NCBI GenBank assembly: GCA_000004985.1
Contig: GG738865.1
Source of the DNA: Naegleria gruberi
Taxonomy: Eukaryota
DNA length: 64,000 bases
Direction: 5' to 3' (one strand)
This document shows positions 10,083 to 22,301 of the stretch, one piece after another. The notes beneath the pieces were generated by a model. That model worked only from the letters and a program-made list of their open reading frames with translations, was not told the origin of the DNA and made no database searches. The position numbers and the translations under genes were made by a program. Position 1 is the stretch's first letter. Every line of letters begins with the position of its first letter.

Positions 10083-11420
10083 ATGAGATTCGTTAAGGAA
10101 CACCTTGAGGTGATTACTTGTTACATTCCTTCTGCTCATGAAATTACCTCCACAATTGAAAGCTTTGACGAATTGAAACTGTGTAAGGATCATTTTCCTC
10201 CCAACACTTGTTTCAATGTTTTTTGGTTTAATCAGAAATCTTGGGCTGCCCCAATATGCAGGTATATTAGTGAATATTTTGATACTTTGAAGGAATTATC
10301 TAGTGCCAAAGAGGGTTCAATGGCTGTAGTTAGGTTGTGTGCATTGGACAAACAACGCGAATCCTCTCTACCAAAGAAGGTTGTAACATCAGGATCTGGT
10401 TTTTATATGCTTCCCAATTTGGTGATTACTAATTGCCATGTTAATGAAAAGATTGGAACAAATCCTTGCTTTGCATTTAGTAATGCATGGAATATTGGTT
10501 ATTTTGATGATGCTCTTAAACAAGTAGAGCAACTTCCAGAAAAGAAGAGATTATGTTTTTCAGGACAATTATTGAAACTAACTCCCTACGAAACCAAGTT
10601 CAAACAAACAAAAATATGGACAGGAATTGATGCAATTACTGGAGAGATTGGAGACTTTTCATTCTTTGATTTTTCTGCTGTCCTATTCACAGGCAAACCA
10701 AATAATGTGATTTTCATACCTTCATCAACAGTATTGCAACCAGGAGATGAAATTATTACTCTTTCCTATCCTGGTGATGAAGAAAACACTTCACCATTAA
10801 AAGATTATGCAAACTATGCTAGTTGGGCACCCAGTGAATTGGTTATGAAAAGCAATATCTTTAATGGTTATGGAACTTTGTGTGCAAGTTTCGGCAAAAT
10901 TTTACATCCTTTCAGAAACATCAATGATGAATGGGAGAAGGACGAAGAGTTCAGGTACAACTCTTCCAATCAAGAGTGTCTAGCTAGCTCTGAATGTCTA
11001 TTTTTTGGCAGCTCTGGAGGAGTTATGATTTCCAAATCATGCCAAGTGCATCATGTTAATAATTTAACTCTTGTTGAATTTCATGCCATTCATGTTGGAG
11101 GAGAATTTGTTAGATGCAATGATTGCTTAAGAAAACATAGTGTTGCCATGAGGGAGTTTTGGGAAGATAATCACAATTCAGATCAACGAATTAAAGTTGA
11201 CTGTCAACCACAAGATTGGAGAATTTGTGAAAAGTGCTTGAATGATTCAGATCTGAATTTCAATAATCCATTATCGTATTCAAATAGTATATCAGTTCAT
11301 TCGAAGCCATTCGTTGAGTTTTTTGAAATGATTATTCTACCAGAATTGAAAAAATTGATTAATGTTTCAGATGTTTCTTCACTTGTTGAATATTGCCAAG
11401 AACATGGGATTAATTATTGA
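10083..11420 (+). CDS. Trypsin-fold (PA clan, Trypsin_2-like) serine peptidase with a Cys-rich C-terminal region.
   Basis: A catalytic-His motif LVITNCHV and a catalytic-Ser motif FFGSSGGVM are in the right order and spacing. The C-terminal 110 aa has paired CxxC motifs (CNDCLRKHS...CEKCLNDSD). ATG is confirmed. Confidence 0.55.
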   Translation: MRFVKEHLEVITCYIPSAHEITSTIESFDELKLCKDHFPPNTCFNVFWFNQKSWAAPICRYISEYFDTLKELSSAKEGSMAVVRLCALDKQRESSLPKKVVTSGSGFYMLPNLVITNCHVNEKIGTNPCFAFSNAWNIGYFDDALKQVEQLPEKKRLCFSGQLLKLTPYETKFKQTKIWTGIDAITGEIGDFSFFDFSAVLFTGKPNNVIFIPSSTVLQPGDEIITLSYPGDEENTSPLKDYANYASWAPSELVMKSNIFNGYGTLCASFGKILHPFRNINDEWEKDEEFRYNSSNQECLASSECLFFGSSGGVMISKSCQVHHVNNLTLVEFHAIHVGGEFVRCNDCLRKHSVAMREFWEDNHNSDQRIKVDCQPQDWRICEKCLNDSDLNFNNPLSYSNSISVHSKPFVEFFEMIILPELKKLINVSDVSSLVEYCQEHGINY

Positions 11421-11491
11421 ACTGGTCAATTTATTTAATTTCTGATTATAAATAATAGTTTTATTATCAGCTTTCAGAATGTTGTAATCTC

Positions 11492-12232
11492 ATGAAATTA
11501 ATGCTAGCGCAGTCCAGTTCAACCAATCAGAAAAAAATGTCCCAACAGCAAACACAGCCCATCCACCAAGTGAGAACTTTTCTCTCACCTCTCTACGTTT
11601 TACTTTACAACAGATTCAAAAATGAAACTGTAAAATTGACTAACCAACAAAACGAATGCGAACACATTTTACAACAAACTCTTGCATTCACACATTATTT
11701 TCACCCATCAAAATTGAATAGATTTTTACACTTGTTGACCATTATTCCATTTTTTAGTGGATTATGGTTAATGTTTGGATTTTTAACAAGATTTACAACT
11801 GGATTGGAATTGACTCTGCCATTGATTTATTTGTGGAGTGTTTTATATGTGATATTTTCAATGGGAATTGATAGAATTGTTCCATATTTTTTGACATTTA
11901 TTTGTTTGGCTATTTCCTTATTTGTTAAATCAATTGTTTGCTTGAATAGTGGAGATCCAAATAGTCAATCATTTACAGTTTTATTCAATGCAGTTGGTTG
12001 TTTGTTAATTGCCTTAATTTTCCAAATCATTATAGGACATATTTTGATTGATGACAGAACTCCAGCATTTCTCTTACAAGAAGCATTTGTGATTACACCA
12101 ATTTATATGATCATGTCTTGTTTATTGATGGACAATCCACTTGTTGAATATTTACCTGAACTCAAAAGAGAAATTGAAACAAATGCAACAAGAGAAAGAT
12201 TTCACAAATTTGCAAGATTTAAAAAGACATAA
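11492..12232 (+). CDS. Mpo1/DUF962-family membrane protein (2-hydroxy fatty-acid dioxygenase-like).
   Basis: FTHYFHPSKLNRFLHLLTIIPFFSG aligns with yeast Mpo1 YKFYHHNPKNVLIHSIFVPTILFSG. IFQIIIGHILIDDRTPAFL..ITPIYMIM aligns with [29 protein letters not shown]. It has 4-5 TM helices. ATG is confirmed. Confidence 0.6.
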   Translation: MKLMLAQSSSTNQKKMSQQQTQPIHQVRTFLSPLYVLLYNRFKNETVKLTNQQNECEHILQQTLAFTHYFHPSKLNRFLHLLTIIPFFSGLWLMFGFLTRFTTGLELTLPLIYLWSVLYVIFSMGIDRIVPYFLTFICLAISLFVKSIVCLNSGDPNSQSFTVLFNAVGCLLIALIFQIIIGHILIDDRTPAFLLQEAFVITPIYMIMSCLLMDNPLVEYLPELKREIETNATRERFHKFARFKKT

Positions 12233-12516
12233 CTGCATGTTCTTTTCCCCAACAGATTACAATTCCAAAAACACCCAATTGATTATCTCAATAAAGTTCT
12301 TAGTAGTACCGTTTTATTTTCCCCAGTGACTGTATTTACGGTACTACTAAGAAATTGGGAGGATTGACACAACTTGATAATATATTGAAATCTAATTTTT
12401 TGAATGATTAGCACGGTTATTATTTTGGTCCGATATTATTGTAAAAATTCTTAATTTGTGAACAAATTTGTAACATTCATGGACATTGACGCGTTTCAAG
12501 GAAGATTCAAAAAAAA

Positions 12517-15500
12517 ATGCATCCAAACCATGCAACACCCATCCATCAGCCACATTGTTTTTATTTGGTCTTGTCGATTCTAATCTTCTTTTCATCATTT
12601 AGTTTGGCAAATAATGTGGAATTTTATATTCACTCCAGGATTGGACAAGATTCTCCCACATGTGGAATGATGGAAAGTTTACCATGTAAAACAATTCGAT
12701 ATCCTATTGATAATTTAATGAATAATACAAATTCAGGAAATAATATTCTAATTAAATTGATGAATAATTGGATAGGTGATTGTATTTTGTTTAATAATGA
12801 GAATGTGACTATTGATAGCATTCATTTTATGGGAACGAATCGATTGGTCAACTTGGAATGTAGTGCGGATCAGAACCAAGTCAAAATACCATTGGTTAGA
12901 TTTTCAAATTTGAATTTGGATTTGGTAATGTTTGGAGTTAGTCAATTGGAAATTTTCAACTGTACAATAGTTGATTTTGTGGTGAATGATATTCGGAGAA
13001 GTTTAATTCTGGATAATATACAAGTAGGAACAGAAAATTTGAAACAATTGCTTGAAAAAGATTCGAATATCGATTTGAAAAAGGTTATATTTAATATTTT
13101 CATTGAACTTGGATCAATAGATACGAGCAGTAAGGAAGTTATTGTAAGAAATTCACATATTATTGGCTGTAATTTATATGTTGGATCTACACTTTCGAAT
13201 GGTTCGTTGCTAGTTGAAAATTCCACATTTGAATATTCTCTTTTAGATTTAACTAATGGTTTAGGATACACTCCAAAATCGGTCCCTAGACCATCATTTT
13301 ATATTGCCAGTTCCAAATTTTATAGGTCATCCATTCAAGCACGTGAAGCACTTTCTGTTACTATTCAAAATTGTGAACTCATTCAAAATATTCCAAACAA
13401 ATTGGCAATTGTACTTTCATTAATACCCAATTCCATTTATGCAGCATTTTCAGTTACTTCCTCTGCAATCTGCAACGTATTAGTGTCAGCGTCTGTATTT
13501 TCCAATTGTCAATCAGTTGGTGCAATGTATTTAGAGGGAACTGGTATCAATGCAGAAGTAGAATGGTCACATTTTAAAGATAATTCGAATGTTAAGGGAG
13601 GAGCAGCTATTAATTTACAAACTATTTATAATCTATTTGCTCATAATACAATATTTGAGAATAACAAGCAAGTTTTAGATTCGAGTGAAAGTTTATCAAA
13701 TATTAAGGCAGACGAAAGAGGAGGCGGAGCTATTTTACAATATCAATCCCTATTAACAACAGAATCATGTATTTTTATTAACAATGAAGGAATTACAGGA
13801 GGTGCAGTTCTCAATTTTCAAGCTCATAAATACAAAAGTAGTGTAGATGTAAGTAGTTTCGTTAAGGTTGGCCTAATTGACCAAAAATTAATCAAAAATA
13901 GTATTTTTATAACAATACAGCATCTTATGGAGGTGCTTGTGCATCTATTGATTTTACCTATTCCTCTAGTGTTTATATATACTCATCAACATTTGAGAAA
14001 AACAAAGCCACCAAATATGGTGGAGCTATTTTCACATTGAAAACCGTCTTGAATCTTGGATTTCAAACATTTTCAATCAATAATAATTATGCAGGAATAT
14101 CTGGTGGAGGTGCCTATACTGTTGGAACGAAACAAGAGAATGGCGTACCTTTGATAGATCGGTGCAAAGACAATTACAATGGAAATGGAAAGCTTTCAAA
14201 TCATGATGCATTCCCAGAGATTATCAGTTTAAGAATTCCAGTAAAACAATTTCTATCAATGAGTAATGATAGCAATAGCAATGCTAAAATGTTGGAAACA
14301 TCATTTGGAGAGAAATTAGTGCTCAATTTAGATTTGTTTGACAATACATATGGAAATGATAATATTCCAGTGAATTCGTTCACTGAAATGGAACTCTCTG
14401 TGGAAACAAAACCTTCCAAGGACATGACATTTGAAATTCATCAGCCGACCACCAATGAAATTGATGGAATTCTATATTCTAGATCTACCAATGAAAAATT
14501 AAGAGGAAATGGAACTTTAATATTTACAATCAAGTCATCTCTATTCAAAACTGGAACATTTTCATCCCAAATAGAAATTGCTGTGACCCCAATGGAATGT
14601 AAACCTTGGTTCTCTCTTCAAGCGGATATGAAAAAGATTGTAAATGGTGGTTTTGCATACTCATGTGAATTTAACTCATACCTTATCATTCCATTTGTAG
14701 TGTCATCTGTACTTATTGTAGGATGTATAGTTTTTACTATTATTGGAATTGTTTGTTTCAAATTTTATGGAATGAAGAGTAAAATTAAAGTTCTTCATAA
14801 GAAGGAACAAGCAGAGGAAGAGTTGACTCAAAAATTATTGGATTTACAATCACTATATACATCTGAATTAGAATCCAAATATTCCATTAAGAATTGGCTA
14901 ATCAAGATTGAGGATATCAAGGTTATAAAAAAGATTGGTGAAGGAGGAATGGGAGTTGTCTATCTAGCTCTGTAAGTTTAATTCATGGACTCTATAATCT
15001 TATTCAATTATGTGAAATTTAGTTGGAAAAATGTTGAAGTTGCTTTGAAGACAATTAAATTAGAGGAAGATGATATGGATTCTAGTGAATTTGAACATGA
15101 ATCTTCAATGCTTTCATCTATAAGACATCCAAATGTTGTTAACCTTTATGGAGTGGTCTTATCAGATCAATCAAAATTCATGGTAACTGAATATATGAAT
15201 GGAGGATGTTTGGAAAAATTAATTTATGATTGTAAAATGAAGAAGAAACATATCAATCTGAGAGAAAAAGTTTCAATTCTTATTGGAATTGCAAATGGAA
15301 TGAGTTATTTACATGGTGGAAAGGATAATTGTATGATTATTCACAGGTGAGTTGATTTCGTATATTTTTAACTAATCAATTCAATCAGAGATTTGAAACC
15401 AGGAAATATTCTACTATCCAATGATTTAACACCTAAAATTGCTGACTTTGGTTTATCAACACTTTCCAATCAAAGCTCAAACACAACCAAAACACAGCAT

Positions 15501-16022
15501 ATTGGAACATTGCTCTACATGTGTCCAGAGATTCTATTAGGAAAAAATTACAATGAAAAATCAGATGTCTATAGTTTTTCTATTATAATGTGGCAATTGT
15601 TATTTGATGAGACAGTACTATTCCATCAAAACTATACAACAAATCCAAAAATTTCTACCATCATGTCAAAACAGGAAATTGAAACATTTTCATCACTTGC
15701 CAATCAAAGCTCTCTATTGTTTATTCCAAAATTGATTTCTGAAGGATTACGTTTACCAATTCCAACCTTGCCAATCAATTCTCATTCACAAATTATGAGA
15801 ATGTGGATTAGAGAATATTTTGTTGTGGAAGATTTCAAATTTACCAATCAAGGGAATGTGGGAAATAATCTTGGACTAGTTGATGATCCATTAGATAGTT
15901 ATATGAAAGCACTCGATGGATTATTTTCCATTTTAAAGATGGCATGGGCTGATGATTTCAATAATCGACCATCTTTTACTGAAATTTCAGTGGAATTGAT
16001 GCATATTAAACAAAACTTGTAA
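12517..16022 (+). CDS. Receptor-like protein kinase (TKL-type) with an extracellular GGxA / beta-helix-like repeat region. Four exons: 12517..13848, 13902..14971, 15023..15346, 15389..16022.
   Basis: It has a signal peptide, then repeated N.A..GGA(I/Y) motifs, then a TM helix (IIPFVVSSVLIVGCIVFTIIGIV), then a kinase domain. The kinase is reconstituted across introns (GEGGMGVVYLALW.NVEVALK, then HRDLKPGNILL, then DFGLS). All three introns are GTAAGT/GTGAGT..AG, 53/51/42 nt long, and restore the frame. The protein is about 1119 aa. Confidence 0.8.
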
Positions 16023-16150
16023 ACCTTCCAAAAATTAATTTGAAATTCATACGGATTTGCCATTGTGGTGGTAATGTGACCTAGCAATTCAGAACCAAAG
16101 AAGCAAATAGAAATTTATAAAGGATTCAATCAAATGAGACCTTCTTAATT

Positions 16151-17530
16151 CTATTTCATTGGATGTGGTTTTCTAGTTTCATATTTACAACCCCATTTAT
16201 CCACCTCAACTGGCTTCAGAAAAATACAATCGTCAAGCAATTGATGGGCTTCATCTGAGAAGACATTTCGTGACAGATTCAGCTCTTTCAAGTCGAGCAT
16301 ATTTCCAAATGTAAGTCCAATAATTCCAACTTCATTAATTTTGTTATTGGAAATATTGAGATATGTCAAATTATACAAATATTCACTAGAGCCAATTTTT
16401 AAACAGCCAACATTTCCTATTCCGGGATCACTGTTGCTTACATTCAGGGATGTGACATTCCTCATAATTGGTGATGTTATTAATGCTTCAAACCCAGATC
16501 CAATTCCATTATCCGCTAAGGAGAGATAGGTGAGGTTTCTGATAAGTCTATTGGAAGCAAGTGCTATAGCTTCCTCTTTTTTAATTTCACAGGAGTCAGC
16601 TATTAATGTTTTCATTGTTGACATGATATGACTTGAGAATAGTTTGACCAATCCTTCGTTTTCAATTAATAGTCGAGAAATATCCAAGTATCTCAATTTA
16701 GTTAAAAATGGATTGTTAGCTATTAAACAAATGCTGCTTTCAAAATACTCATAAGTTTGTGGTTGAACAGAGAGGTAAGTTAATTGAGATAAATTCTCAT
16801 TTTTGGAAAAGTATTCAAATACCTCATCATTCTCTTTTGTTACTCTAAATTCCAATGCTTTCAACTTGAAAGTGTCAACAAGAGCAATAATTGACAGTTT
16901 TTTCAGAGGTGAATGAGCATAAAACTCTTCCAATTTCTTCAAGTATGGACTATTTGTCATTGCCAAAATGCCATCATTTGTAAAATCACCAGAAACATGC
17001 AAAACTCTCAAATTTTTCATTCCCTCATTTTGGCTCAATATCACCAATGAATCATCACTAATACTATTAAATGAAAAATTCAAAGATTCCAATCTTAGAG
17101 TTGTTACAATAATCTTGAAACTCTCTGCATCACATCCTGTTCCAGTCAAGTTCAATTCTCTCAGTAAATGTGAATTAGCTCCTTTACAAAGGGAATTCAT
17201 TGATTTTCCATTCAAATTAACAAGAGAAGTTAGACGAATTTTCAATGATGAAACATTGTAATATTTCAAACATCCATCACGGAGTTTTTTCTTCAATTCT
17301 TTGTTTTTTGCAAAGTGAATATCTATTTTCAGGCCACATTCGTATTTGATAAATTGACGCCACTGGCTACAAACTTTCGAACAAGAATCGACAAGAAATT
17401 TCGTATTTTCTGCAGAATTGATGAAGGAAAAGATGAGTATACAAACATCGTTGGAAAATTTCTGAGGTTCAGCGTGTTCAATACTGTTTAGGTCACTTTC
17501 GGCAAGAGCTTTAGTATTTTGTGATCCCAT
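16151..17530 (-). CDS. F-box / leucine-rich-repeat (RNI-like) protein. The start is re-anchored to ATG (MGSQNTK...), a possible N-myristoylation context.
   Basis: An F-box-like segment (DVCILIFSFINSAENTKFLVDSCSKVCSQWRQFI) is followed by many L..L.L..N.I LRR units. Confidence 0.7.
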   Translation of the reverse strand: MGSQNTKALAESDLNSIEHAEPQKFSNDVCILIFSFINSAENTKFLVDSCSKVCSQWRQFIKYECGLKIDIHFAKNKELKKKLRDGCLKYYNVSSLKIRLTSLVNLNGKSMNSLCKGANSHLLRELNLTGTGCDAESFKIIVTTLRLESLNFSFNSISDDSLVILSQNEGMKNLRVLHVSGDFTNDGILAMTNSPYLKKLEEFYAHSPLKKLSIIALVDTFKLKALEFRVTKENDEVFEYFSKNENLSQLTYLSVQPQTYEYFESSICLIANNPFLTKLRYLDISRLLIENEGLVKLFSSHIMSTMKTLIADSCEIKKEEAIALASNRLIRNLTYLSLADNGIGSGFEALITSPIMRNVTSLNVSNSDPGIGNVGCLKIGSSEYLYNLTYLNISNNKINEVGIIGLTFGNMLDLKELNLSRNVFSDEAHQLLDDCIFLKPVEVDKWGCKYETRKPHPMK

Positions 17531-17896
17531 TTTTTTATGAATTTTCTTGATGGCTTTTAATGGAATACCTTTTTTGTCAGAATCTATCCTAAAGCACAAA
17601 CTTTCAATTTCTAAATAAATAGTAATGGTAAATAAGATAACCAAGTTTCATATGTTGTAACAAATTTATAAATATTTAGAAAGCAACAATTATCCCTTAA
17701 TAAGTTTAGTTAATGTTTCATTCGTCTTGAACCTCTTTTTGTGAGTCATCTTTCTGAAAGGAATTGATTTTAACTAATCTCTTTTAGAATTGATAACGTA
17801 ATTTCCACAAACACATTCAAGCAGAAGGATGCTTTCTGATAATTGAGCACTGGTAGCAAATTTCAAGATTTCATTCATGATATCCTTTAGAGGCAA

Positions 17897-17910
17897 TTAA
17901 GGCGCCAAAA
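17897..17910. promoter_or_regulatory. TTAAGGCGCCAAAA E2F-like site, 16 bp upstream of the kinase ATG (17926).
   Basis: It has the same GGCGCCAAAA core. It is the only GC hexamer in an otherwise AT-only promoter. Confidence 0.35.
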
Positions 17911-17925
17911 AATTATTTTAAAAAA

Positions 17926-19812
17926 ATGAGTAAAAGAAAAATTGGTCCTCTATTAACAAAATCGGCAACCCAACGATGGGAAGAGGCTTTCGAAGCAGTG
18001 GCTGATGACGATATCAAATTGGATATGGTACTGCAATACGTTGATAAATTGCAGGAAAGTTCCGAATTAAATTTCACGAAAACAGAATGGACAAAAACAC
18101 AATTCACCACCAAGTTTTGCTCCTTGTTGAATATTGTTCCCAAACCAGAAAATGAAAATCCTCTATGTGTTGAAGAATCACCCTTCCTGATCAGCCTTCT
18201 GTCATTGTATCAACAATTTCAAAGCAACAAGTTATCTGAATCCATTTCCTTATTTAAAGAATGTCAACAGAATATGATAAAAGAATTTGCACTTCCACCC
18301 CATAACAATACAGAGAAGGCACTCTTTTCTTTATTGTCTGCACTTGAACGATTGGAAAGAATTTCATTCGAGCGCAATTTAGGAGAGGTGGTTGTTTCTG
18401 GTGCAATGTTTTCGTTGTTAGATGTAATCTGCACACTAAAAGGTCACAAACAAAACGAGTAAGTTATGTTACTTGTTCATCACATTCAATTTTGTAGAGA
18501 CAAGCAAAACACAGTGATATTAGATGACAAAATCAAAAGCTTCAATGTAAGAAATGATGGCCTTATTCAAACTGAAAAAGACTATGTATATTGTAGAAGA
18601 GAGGATACATCTTTTGATGATCGCGTGGATTGGGAAGATTTTGGCATTGATGCCTATAAACTGATTATTTCAATGAAGAGCCAGCTGAAACAAAACATGA
18701 ATACAGTATTTATGTGCCAAGAAGAAATTAACAAATATAGCAAAGTCTTGGGGTTATGTTATACCAAATTAGATACATTCGTTTTTATATTAGATGCACA
18801 AATTAATAAGAAAGGAAATGAAAACATCCCAGAATATTCTCTCTACTTTCAAAGGTTTGATATGAAGTTGCATGGAGCGATATTATTGTTTACGTATATT
18901 ATGCAATTTATTTTGCAATACGTTCCTTCTAATATTTTCACAACCATCACTCCTTTCAGACCAGCCAATACACCAAATAAGCTTTTGATACCAACTGGGC
19001 AATTACTATCTGATATTCTCAGTTCAAAGAGGTGTAGTAAAATTTCCAAACACGGAAAAGTGGTGTTAAAAAAACACGAAGACGAAAAGAACGAAAGAGT
19101 CAACTATGTCCTACAATCAAACTCTTTCCTGAAAGTGGTTTCACCTGAAGAGAAAGAAATCATTCTGAAATTGATTAGTAATTCATGTTACTGCATGTAC
19201 TTGCCCCAAATTCTAAATGTGTATAAGAATGACGTAGAGTTTGAAAAGTTGAACAGTCTCCCAGAGAAAATGTCTGAAAAAGATATAATGGCCTTGGCAA
19301 TAGATATTTCCATAGCATTGAACCATCTCCATGGCCACAATATTATTCATAGAGATGTTAAGCCCGATAATATAATGACTAGATCACTCAGTGATCCATC
19401 AAGCTTCATGTGGTTTGTATTAATTGACTTTGGGTTAAGTTTAGAGTTTGTGGAAAAGAATGGAATATACTTTTGCAAAAATTCAGGAACTGAAATCAAC
19501 GAAAACTTAGGTACCAGTATTTTTAAAGCCCCAGAAGTTGCTGCTTCCCAACCATACACTGAGAAATGTGACATTTACTCATTGGGAGCCTCTTTATTGT
19601 ATCTGAAAAATGAATCAGTCTTTTTACAACTGTGGAGACAGGGTATTAAGAACATTCCAACAAACATGTTGAAAACTCTAGATTGGGATTACACTGAATT
19701 TGGTGATATCATTAGGGATATGGTGGCTGATGATCCAAAAATTAGACCTTCAGCAGAAAATATTGAAAATCGCCTTTCAACGTTATTCCAAAACTGCATT
19801 AACCTTGATTGA
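17926..19812 (+). CDS. Ser/Thr protein kinase with an N-terminal domain of unknown function. Two exons: 17926..18458 and 18498..19812.
   Basis: A 39-nt GTAAGT..TAG intron joins the ORFs in frame. The kinase has HRDVKPDN and DFGLS motifs plus APE-like and C-lobe motifs. ATG is confirmed. Confidence 0.7.
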
Positions 19813-20012
19813 AAATATCATGTGACCATATTTCTACAAAAAACAAGCATGCAATTCGAACATTGTAAACTAATGTTTGCTTTCTAATACTACTTCCAAA
19901 AGATTCTTCCAATCCGATTTGTTTATACAAACAAATATTTTTGCTGTTTATTTTTAATCACAACCTATTTTCTCGTCGCCAAGCAAAACTCTCTTGCTCT
20001 ACTCAAAAAAAA

Positions 20013-21185
20013 ATGAAAACACACCAAGAACAAACTACCCTCGAACGTTATGCCAAAGCAAAAGATGATCTAGAGGCTAAAATTTCCATGATGGATTTAT
20101 GTTCAGAATTGCAACAAGTTTACAAACAGCAAGAAGACAAAGCATTATATCAAAAATTGTTGAATGGAAATGTTGAAGAGGATATTCAAAGACTTGCTAC
20201 ATTAATGAGAAGAGATCCGACAAGTTATTTGGCCCATCAACATGAGAGAATTAGCCAAGCCTTTGAAAAGTTTAACGAAACTGAATTCGAAAGGTTTAAA
20301 CTAATCTTTTTGATCATGGGTCCCTATTTATTTGAAAGTGGTGGATTGATTAATGATTTTTTAGTGAGGCAATATTCACAAATTAAGAAAATCACATTAG
20401 AGAGTAAGATAATGAAATCTATTCCAATTGAAGATTTTTCACTCAGTTATTTGGAAGAAACTGATCGATTAGTTGGAAGCTTTGACATTGAACAAGAAAT
20501 TTATGATTTAAATCAAGAATTGTACAATGTTGAAACATTGAGAGAAGCCAGAAAATTGATTGATGACCTCTTGGATAAGATATATTACTATCGATGGAAT
20601 ACCATGAATAGGTTAAATGAGAAAAAATTCTGGGAACCTTGGTTGGATGATTCAATGACACACCTTTCTAGGCAAAAGAGAGACCTAGTTTCACGAATTG
20701 TTGCTTTATACACAACAGTTGATATTGTAAAGAAAGTACTGATAGCTATATCAATTATTTTAGTTGTGTCATTCATCATCTACTTGATATTTTTAGGTGT
20801 TAAGGGATTTATTATCAATCAGTCATATTATGGGACATGCAGCACAACAGAATCAAACTTTGAAAAGATTAAGACAGTTGCAACCAAATTTACGATTACC
20901 AAGTTCCATATTACTGTCTATGGAGCTACTGATTTTTTAAGATTTTTTTCTGCATTCTTAATACTTCCTGTTTCTCTTTCAACTTTCCTTCTATGGTATT
21001 GGATGGAAATATCATATTGGAAATTGATTGGGATTTCAAATCTACCAACCACAAAGGCAATTATTAATTTTCTGTTTTGGGATTCAGTTTTGAAACTACT
21101 TATTATTGGAGTTTATTATTTATCTGCTGTAGTTTGGATTATTGACCAAGTAGTGTATAATAGAATAGCTGGTTTGTGTGATTAA
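20013..21185 (+). CDS. Hypothetical protein with C-terminal multi-TM region. The start is re-anchored to ATG (MKTHQEQ...).
   Basis: The ORF is open for 390 codons. The C-terminal third contains 3-4 hydrophobic helices. I recognise no family. Confidence 0.45.
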   Translation: MKTHQEQTTLERYAKAKDDLEAKISMMDLCSELQQVYKQQEDKALYQKLLNGNVEEDIQRLATLMRRDPTSYLAHQHERISQAFEKFNETEFERFKLIFLIMGPYLFESGGLINDFLVRQYSQIKKITLESKIMKSIPIEDFSLSYLEETDRLVGSFDIEQEIYDLNQELYNVETLREARKLIDDLLDKIYYYRWNTMNRLNEKKFWEPWLDDSMTHLSRQKRDLVSRIVALYTTVDIVKKVLIAISIILVVSFIIYLIFLGVKGFIINQSYYGTCSTTESNFEKIKTVATKFTITKFHITVYGATDFLRFFSAFLILPVSLSTFLLWYWMEISYWKLIGISNLPTTKAIINFLFWDSVLKLLIIGVYYLSAVVWIIDQVVYNRIAGLCD

Positions 21186-21570
21186 TATTTCAAATAATTG
21201 TTGTAAATAAATTGAAATTGTTGTTGCCTTCCTTAATATTGTGGTAATCGTACATTGTTTCGAATAAATCAAAGGCTAGCAATCATGAAAAGGAGATGAT
21301 CATCAATTACTGTATTGAGTTTTACGATTGTTATCTACAGTCTTCTTACTATTTCAGTAACTATTCTCAAAAATCATGACAATAGAATTTGTTTGAACGT
21401 GATGATAACAATTGTTTGCCGCCAACAACTTTTCCGTTACGTTCATCAAGGCTTTTCCGAAGGCTTTGTGTGTAAAGAAGTCTACCTTGAAATTGCGCTC
21501 AAAATTTTTTCGCAAGAGAGTTTGGCTGCAACAGAACTCACTCCAATAAAAAAAACCAACAAAAAATACA

Positions 21571-22252
21571 ATGCCACCAAAGAAGAAGGCCGCTGCTGAT
21601 TCTGATGACGAAAAGCCAAAGAGAGCACCAACACCTCTTGCTTTGTTCAAAGAAGGTATGATTTATCATCATCATCATCAAGTTTTATTTAATATATTAT
21701 TCATCATTGATATATATAGATAATATGGAAAAAGTAAAGAAGGATAACGCAGGAAAGAAGCAAAATGAAATTAATAAGATCTTGTCTCAAATGTTTAAAG
21801 ATGCTGATGATGATGTAAAGGAAAAATACACTAAGAAGAGTAAGAAGCTCAAGGCTGAACTCGAAGGAGATGATGATGAAGAAGAAGAAGAAAAGACAAC
21901 AACAAAGGGATCAAAGAAGAGAGGTGCACCAAAGAAGTCTGACGAAGAAAAGACTACAACATCTGACAAGCCTAAGAGAGCCCAATCTGCTTTGCAAATT
22001 TTCCAAGCTGCCAAGTTAGAGGAAACTAAGAACAAGAAGGAAAATGAAGGAAAGAAACCTGCTGAACTTAAGAAGATCTTGAGTGAAATGTGGAAGGAAA
22101 TGGATGATGACGAAAAGAAGCCATATGTTGATTTGTCTAATCAACAAAAGGAACAAAACAAGGCTGCTAAGAAATCAAGTGCTCCTCCAAAGAAGAAGAA
22201 GAAGAAGGATGAATCTGAAGATGAAGAAGGAAGCGAATCTGATGAGGAATAA
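21571..22252 (+). CDS. HMG-box chromatin protein (two HMG boxes, acidic/basic tail). Two exons: 21571..21655 and 21720..22252.
   Basis: Exon 1 (MPPKKKAAADSDDEKPKRAPTPLALFKE) ends at a GTATGA donor. A 64-nt AT-rich intron follows and restores the frame. The second HMG box is KPKRAQSALQIFQ...KKILSEMWKEMDDDEKKPY. There is a poly-Lys/Asp/Glu tail. Confidence 0.75.
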
Positions 22253-22301
22253 ATTGTAGAGATGTAAATTATTTATCAAAATTGCAGTGATGAGCTTTTT
22301 G

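Noticed and set aside
12486-12491. An ACGCGT (MluI-box / MCB-like) hexamer 26 bp upstream of the receptor-kinase ATG.
   Set aside because: It is a single occurrence of a 6-mer. MCB elements are a fungal feature. There is no recurrence in the window.
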